A stretch of DNA of 64,000 nt, from positions 107,260,001 through 107,324,000 of the forward strand of contig NW_026262668.1 in NCBI RefSeq assembly GCF_021869535.1, in the 5' to 3' direction. Shown here one piece after another: positions 60,701 to 64,000 of this stretch (position 1 is its first letter; each line of letters starts with the position of its first letter). Position numbers and translations under genes: made by a program. A model generated the notes under the pieces. It was not told the DNA's origin, ran no database searches, and saw only the letters and a program-made list of their open reading frames with translations. The stretch is from Mytilus californianus (lineage: Eukaryota).

Positions 60701-62474
60701 ATATTATATTTAGTAAAATGAATTTTCAAAGTTAGAGCTTTTATTATTATTTTTTTAGTAACGAAAATTATATACATTCCAAAATGGAAGCAAGTATTTT
60801 CTAAAATATGAGTGTCGGTTGATTACACATAACAGGTTTACAGGTTATTAAATTTTGTAATTTGTGTAATTTTAACTACACAATCTCAATATGTAGGAAT
60901 AGGCATCGGTAGCTCGGTAGCTGAGTAGTCTCAGTAGTTCATCCACAGTGTCAACTATTCTGTCAAACTTGAGGTTGTAAGTTTGTAATCGATCTCAGAC
61001 TCCAACCTAGTAAACTAGGACTGCCAGTTTTCCTGCCGAAGGTAGGTAGTTTTGTCTAGGTACTCAGGCTACATCTACCAATAAAAAGTCATAAAGGTTG
61101 CTGGAAAGGGCGTTTAACACCATCAATCAATCAAAATGTATGGAGTTTGGATATATCATTTGAATAAGTAGAAGTAATATCAGTCCCCGGAATGCTGCTC
61201 TTCCTTTCACCGGAAATGTGAATAAAAATGCCTGCTATACGTCAATGAGACATAAGCTCTATACAAATCTAGAGATCAGCAAACGATGTTCAACGATAGA
61301 CAATGGTCTATAAAATATGTAGGCTGTAAATCACCCCGAATCTGTACATGTTGTAAATATTTCAACAAAGACTACGTTCATTATATGATTATTACACTTA
61401 CGACTAGATTGTCATTTAAACTTTTTCTGAATTTCATTGGCAAGAATGTGTAGTCTCCTCTTTGCATCTTTTCGAGATCTTTACGATAACTGATGAAGAT
61501 TGCAATGACGTAACCGACCATGAATATGCTGGACAGAGAGAATGACACGTAAAAACCAACTGAAAAAGAGGACGGTTTAACATATATTGAGGTTTTAAAT
61601 TAAGGCCGATAGAAATATTTCTAGTAGTAAACTGTTACGATTTACTGGCAGAAGTTACCAATAACGTTTTTTAAAGGTCGTTGAAATATACATGTTTGGG
61701 ATATATTTGAAAGAGTACACATAACATTTACATTCTACAAATTAGTATGTAGAAATCATGGTACATATTGTTTCATACTGGAAAAGCTTTTCATTCATAC
61801 ATATCAATTTCGGCGGGAATGAAATAAATCATACTTTTTAAGATCAAAACACATAGGAACATAAACTAAAGAATATTTTATTCATAAATTCAAACCTATC
61901 GTTTAACGTGGGAAAAAGAATTATGGCTGTTGGTTCGATATTAATGGACTACTGGGAAGTTTTAAAAAAACAAACGAATTATGTTCGTATTAAGAGAAAA
62001 CACGAACCTGTGAGTGCTTTAGTGGCAAAACGGAGTCGGTAACCCCAAATGTTATCATCATACTGTGTTCCCAAAATCATGAAATACCTTGACACAAAAC
62101 AAAAAAAAAATCACTAATAGAACTGAAAAGGCAGTTTGGTCTCTGAGTGATCATCTAATAAAACAACAGGGTCTGTCAAATAAGTTATATATGTGGTATA
62201 TAAAAATAAGATACCCATTAATAATGTGATCAATAATTGGATTACTTCCTTTAGAGTGTCGGTAAATACAGTTGTATTTGCAAAATATTTCTATATGACT
62301 TGCTGTATAATACTTTGAATGGATAAATATAATACCATCTGCAACAGTAAGTAAGGTTTCAAATTTAGGTACTGATGCCTCTTCAGATGTGTTGAATAAT
62401 TCAGTTTGGATGTATGTCGTAAACAGAAGTCCAGGTTTATAAAAGATATAAAGAGTGAGCAGTTCCATGCCAAC
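33500..62474 (-). CDS. STRA6: Multi-exon model (5'-partial) of a STRA6-like / RBP receptor family membrane protein; exons 62474-62336, 61559-61402, 58916-58868, 41983-41866, 38381-38250, 37635-37472, 33792-33500
   Basis: Seven AG/GT exons with matching phases give one frame. It carries STRA6-family motifs: ISYRKDLEKMQRGDY, SLQYSGAQIAYLVW, LALDN, FFFHVIIGFISCINRIL, LARIDKCMLPRGYEKLDKGYSTY, VEVHHRNPVASVFCNELL and RKWAKLYTLINNPS. Orthology (STRA6 vs STRA6L) cannot be determined here. Confidence 0.88.
34000..34260. repeat. Degenerate minisatellite of TACTCGACC(AGTCTGAA) motifs
   Basis: About 10 tactcgac-like and several gtctgaa motifs within 260 bp. Confidence 0.75.
34708..35222 (+). mobile_element. 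About 1.2 tandem units (443-bp period) of a tRNA-headed repeat with an upstream hammerhead-like motif
   Basis: tgttagccct recurs at 34708 and 35151; A-box-like gagtggtctagggcgctgga, B-box-like ggttcaaatcc; CUGACGA at 34925 and GAAA at 34959. Confidence 0.75.
36760..37095 (-). mobile_element. Inverted copy of the tRNA-headed repeat
   Basis: Reverse complement of about 34730-35050. Confidence 0.8.
37472..37635 (-). CDS. STRA6: STRA6-like exon (KMFNILSFFMFFFHVIIG...PRGYEKLDKG)
   Basis: ttcttttcag acceptor, g|gtaaat donor, phase 2-1. Confidence 0.9.
38250..38381 (-). CDS. STRA6: STRA6-like exon (PLMMINFGFEKLQVFLSRTFFLQ...LALDN)
   Basis: cattttccag acceptor, at|gtaagt donor, phase 2-2. Confidence 0.88.
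38700..39745. mobile_element. Non-autonomous element with an internal array of five 145-147-bp repeats
   Basis: gtgtatgg anchors at 38984, 39129, 39275, 39422 and 39569; distinct end modules (gtctcgcc...gcgagac at the left, gacatttcagcgtgtgcact at the right). Confidence 0.8.
40370..41745 (-). mobile_element. Long, internally deleted Penelope-like element (N-terminal linker to 3' UTR)
   Basis: In order on the - strand: KIPSYFKDQ.VPTISYTYTRPIATKLF, CTSASSPF, GPKYR..INW.YNF.ILMDSVEDYA, YVVVPADKAPNNIV, GNSTY, LPSLYWIHKLHK, YFVK..IIKMLDF, RDDF..IVNF, LIRYFRAC, RKIYGYHHELV, then the family E UTR; large internal blocks are missing. Confidence 0.88.
41866..41983 (-). CDS. STRA6: STRA6-like exon (YLLIILMLWILCFMIAYIIILPLAGKVPFSYFHPVLIT)
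   Basis: ttatttcag acceptor, ct|gtgagt donor, phase 1-2. Confidence 0.87.
42640..42915 (-). mobile_element. Repeat family A fragment
   Basis: aatgtggtatgatt...aggtcaccgtaccgccttcaacaatgagcaaaacc..gcatagtaagctataaaaggcc. Confidence 0.8.
43735..44110 (+). mobile_element. Repeat family A fragment in the opposite orientation
   Basis: Reverse complement of 22670-23040. Confidence 0.75.
44803..45045 (-). mobile_element. Repeat family C fragment
   Basis: ttaaaggcaacagtagtataccgctgttc...cctgacttagtacatgacattttaagaaaaaaatggtgggttga. Confidence 0.8.
45370..45625 (-). mobile_element. Decayed tRNA-derived SINE
   Basis: The - strand starts accgcttcggtggtcttgtgatatcgtactcgcctcga (A-box-like head); the body resembles molluscan SINE cores. 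Confidence 0.55.
47599..48232. repeat. Foldback structure: about 135-bp inverted arms (47599-47727 / 48093-48232) around a core with four 36-bp repeats (47767-47910)
   Basis: The arms align as reverse complements (ttgactaaaattcacttataactt..aataatttatagtatg.attttgttata..cattgatacac..); core unit aattctgatagtacaatagaaattggccccagtgac. Confidence 0.85.
48359..49056. repeat. About 140-bp direct repeats (48359-48500, 48912-49056), 553 bp apart
   Basis: First 77 nt identical, remainder diverged. Confidence 0.92.
48652..48695 (+). ncRNA. Canonical minimal type I hammerhead ribozyme
   Basis: Stem I ACAUCA/UGGUGU (6 bp, one G-U); CUGAAGA; stem II GACA-UUAAU-UGUC; GAAA; palindromic UCCGGA; U16.1-A17, predicted cleavage after 48689. 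Confidence 0.85.
49227..51276 (+). pseudogene. Crypton-type tyrosine recombinase (DUF3504/KCTD1-like), two exons (49227-49911, 50577-51276), inactivated
   Basis: LSHFYADLRKPDGERYKASSLESIRHGLNRYLK, KVQFDIRLYFCRRGQEN, LWQKP, NHSIHAT (HxxR mutated to HxxH), IMAVTGHKSVQSLTTY; several stops and frameshifts; donor g|gtgagt, acceptor AG mutated to GG at 50575-50576. Confidence 0.88.
49958..50545. repeat. About 47-48-bp minisatellite (about 12 units) filling the Crypton intron
   Basis: Unit accatgtataaaatcttactgaccgtgtattaaaaatcttgtacac. Confidence 0.92.
51558..51696. repeat. About 140-bp palindrome, probable Crypton terminal hairpin
   Basis: Perfect 29-bp arms 51580-51608 / 51646-51674, plus outer (gttaca, ggtgtg, tagtga) and inner (atatggg, gagc) paired blocks. 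Confidence 0.92.
51711..52222 (-). mobile_element. About 1.2 tandem units (423-bp period) of the tRNA-headed repeat with a hammerhead-like motif at 51858-51939
   Basis: taaytactctaaatatcagcacaacaatgttaaatctgcaaatttgcg recurs at 51711 and 52134; perfect B-box GTTCGAATCC on the - strand near 52210-52219. Confidence 0.8.
52320..55260 (+). mobile_element. Decayed AcademX-like DNA transposon ORF (XPG/FEN1-type nuclease plus Cys8 finger), split by a Penelope-like insertion
   Basis: NFNGV*SDMA..IKDSKG, QKPALMRWSLTRH, PISPIPT|SLFHDDGTMRKSCKAD, DWKKFLSSNENK, STHGE(A)DTRMIVHA, IIVKSPGTD, LPVVHVISGCDSPSAMFGIGKK, LPPCESSFRQH, and a C-terminal C.Y.G..VC..ECVC....L..TDL..C....C.N; many stops and frameshifts. 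Confidence 0.78.
52892..53840 (+). mobile_element. 949-bp 5'-truncated Penelope-like insertion: RT C-terminus (52892-53192) plus the family B 3' UTR
   Basis: FR*HTLVKTFTKFYHRYKDIIRKYNSTCRHLIRSG.SHPIFY..LTKPLNRLIRKG.SYDTVVRSL.IAYFG.NIDSLIGSLHRK*; removing it restores the Academ frame (CCT ACA T|CC CTT). Confidence 0.85.
55460..56935. mobile_element. Non-autonomous element with about 2.5 internal ~490-bp tandem repeats
   Basis: cattcag anchors at 55719, 56202 and 56701; left end aaacaagaggctcttaagagcctgaatcgctcac. Confidence 0.8.
57398..57428 (+). ncRNA. 3' half of a hammerhead motif (TGCGCA family), 5' core lost
   Basis: gagacc gtaat tggc GAAA UGCGCA UC ugau. Confidence 0.4.
58868..58916 (-). 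CDS. STRA6: STRA6-like 49-bp micro-exon (ASSLQYSGAQIAYLVW)
   Basis: acttttag acceptor, t|gtaagt donor, phase 0-1; fills the expected SxxYSGxQxAYxxW motif between neighbouring exons. Confidence 0.88.
60040..60081 (-). ncRNA. Degenerate hammerhead motif (family D, - strand)
   Basis: gcuuca-CGUAUGA-GUC AUUAA GAC-GAAA-CGAGCU-UC-uggcuu. Confidence 0.5.
60300..60440 (+). repeat. Family D fragment with a deleted hammerhead (stem II and GAAA lost)
   Basis: gagcatca-ccgatga-cgcgcg-tc-tgtcgt at 60370-60400. Confidence 0.55.
60910..61135 (+). mobile_element. tRNA-derived SINE with an (ATCA)n tail
   Basis: A-box-like gctcggtagctgagtagtc; V/CORE-like ggtagttttgtctaggtactcaggct; tail cgtttaacaccatcaatcaatcaa. 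Confidence 0.65.
61402..61559 (-). CDS. STRA6: STRA6-like exon (GFYVSFSLSSIFMVGYVIAIFISYRKDLEKMQRGDY...NLV)
   Basis: ctttttcag acceptor, gtc|gtaagt donor, phase 1-0. Confidence 0.88.
62336..62474 (-). CDS. STRA6: Probable STRA6-like exon (VGMELLTLYIFYKPG...LLTVAD)
   Basis: tgtttcag acceptor, g|gtatta donor, phase 0-1 compatible with the next exon; sequence less conserved. Confidence 0.75.
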
Positions 62475-62569
62475 CTGAAACAAAAACAGAAATTATATTT
62501 CATATATCTATCAAATATATATAACACTTTAACAATAAGTCATGCGTCGTGAATTTGACTTAATTAGAC

Positions 62570-63150
62570 GAAATGAGTACTTGCATCTTATTTATGCAAG
62601 TAAACATGAGATTAGGGATACTACCGAAACTAAAATGTCTGTTTCGTATCTTGATATTTCCCTCTATATAAACATTGATTGACGATTTCAAACTTAATTC
62701 TGTGTTTAATTTTGCAATTTTTAATTTCCAATTTCTCAGCAATAACATATACCCTCTTCACCATCGTATGGCGTTTACATAACTGAACTAAAACTTCACG
62801 TTCGCACATATTAAACTTTACCGAATTCATAAATAGGGTTGTGCTCACTAAAGTAAAAACTGCTTCAACATAGTTATGAGAAAGAACGACTGGAATCGAC
62901 AATTAATAAGTGGTTCATATGCATCTTAACAAAGTGGTTGACTGATATGATGTGTGCGTGTCTCAAATCACTAGCTATCTTTTCGCGGTCTTAGATCTAG
63001 ATGCAAGTGTACGCCACTGATCTGTACTTTGACCTATTTTGACATTTTGACTGAGTGAAGTTTCGCATGAGAAGGGATGCATGCATAGCAGGAGAAGCGT
63101 ACATTTTGACGAACATCGTCTCTCTCCTATTGGAGTTCATTCAATTTATT
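62570..63150 (+). mobile_element. Decayed Penelope-like RT C-terminus plus 3' UTR
   Basis: EYLHLIYASKHEIRDTTETKMSVSYLDI, FNFQFLSNNI, PSYGVYI, KLLQHSYEKERL, VD*YDVCVSQIT. Confidence 0.8.
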
Positions 63151-64000
63151 CATTTTTAGTTTGATCCCTTGATTTTTAACTTCTTCGTCGATATATGAGA
63201 ATTGAACTACTGTTGCCTAGATTTGACACGAGTAACATCCCATCCAAAGGACCACTTTACACTCATACCAAAATACGCGTATTTATTTTACCTCAACATG
63301 GAATGACTTTCGATCATGATGTGCATTAGATTTTATTCATGTAAAACGATTTTGTTAATACAAACCATATACCACAACAAAACACAAAAAAGATAACAGA
63401 ATTTACAAAAAAAATTAAGCAGTACAAAAGATCACACCAACCACCAACTTCAGACTACTCTGGAAAAATTACATACAAACAAAGACAAACAACAACGAGC
63501 AACACATGGTCCAGAAAGACTGACTCGATACAAGCACAATTTGTACTAGGTTAAATAAGTTTTGATTGCGCACAAACCTCAACTGTGCCATTCTAGACCA
63601 TATGTTGTAAAAGAAAAACACAATAACAAACCCAGCTAACAACATGATGACAACAAGCTTGAATAAGGAAATAAAATACGGCATATAACTTGGAAAGCAG
63701 AGTCAAAATAAAGACAGGGAACTAGCTAAGGTAGAAACGGTTGTTTGTTGAATATTGCTACTTTTTGACAGATTCATGAAGTCTTATCCTAAAAAGTAAT
63801 TCAAATAGGCAGTATTTGTGTGAGGTTAGTAAGTATGTAGAACCGTCAGACCATCAAAACAAAGAACCATTTTAAACGAATAAGTTATAATATCACGCCT
63901 GTCGCCCTTGCTGTTGAAAGATGTAAAGGTTTTTGCCAATTTAAATACTAATATAAAGTTTTCCATTATTTAGCTCCATTTACCACAAAACAATAGAAGG

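Noticed and set aside
61489-61515. CUGAUGA...GUAA hammerhead-like string
   Set aside because: No stem II or GAAA; it is the antisense of a STRA6-like coding exon.

Overview
AT-rich eukaryotic genomic DNA with an intron/exon organisation. The repeat families look bivalve, most like Mytilus (inferred, not proven). Two split protein-coding genes face each other tail-to-tail, and both have 5' ends that are outside the window or unresolved. (1) A + strand K-dependent Na/Ca exchanger (SLC24/NCKX3-4-5-like): 7 exons, 4003-15119, in one consistent frame. (2) A - strand STRA6-like (RBP receptor family) membrane protein: 7 exons, 62474-33500, including a 49-bp micro-exon and a 16.9-kb intron. The rest is a dense field of mobile elements: at least 8 decayed Penelope-like retroelements (RT ends the ORF, as in Naiad/Chlamys) plus many 3'-end fragments, an intron-containing Crypton tyrosine-recombinase element, an AcademX-like (XPG nuclease + Cys8) remnant, tRNA-derived SINEs, elements with internal tandem arrays, and long DNA hairpins. 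The most interesting layer is RNA structure, invisible to the ORF track. About a dozen minimal type I hammerhead-ribozyme motifs occur in several repeat families: one is fully canonical (48652-48695), some sit in ~300-350-nt tandem retrozyme-like units, and they use different self-complementary stem III hexamers. A ~420-440-bp tandem unit also couples a non-canonical hammerhead-like core and a covarying hairpin to a tRNA-like Pol III head. All calls come from manual reading; no database searches or folding computations were run.
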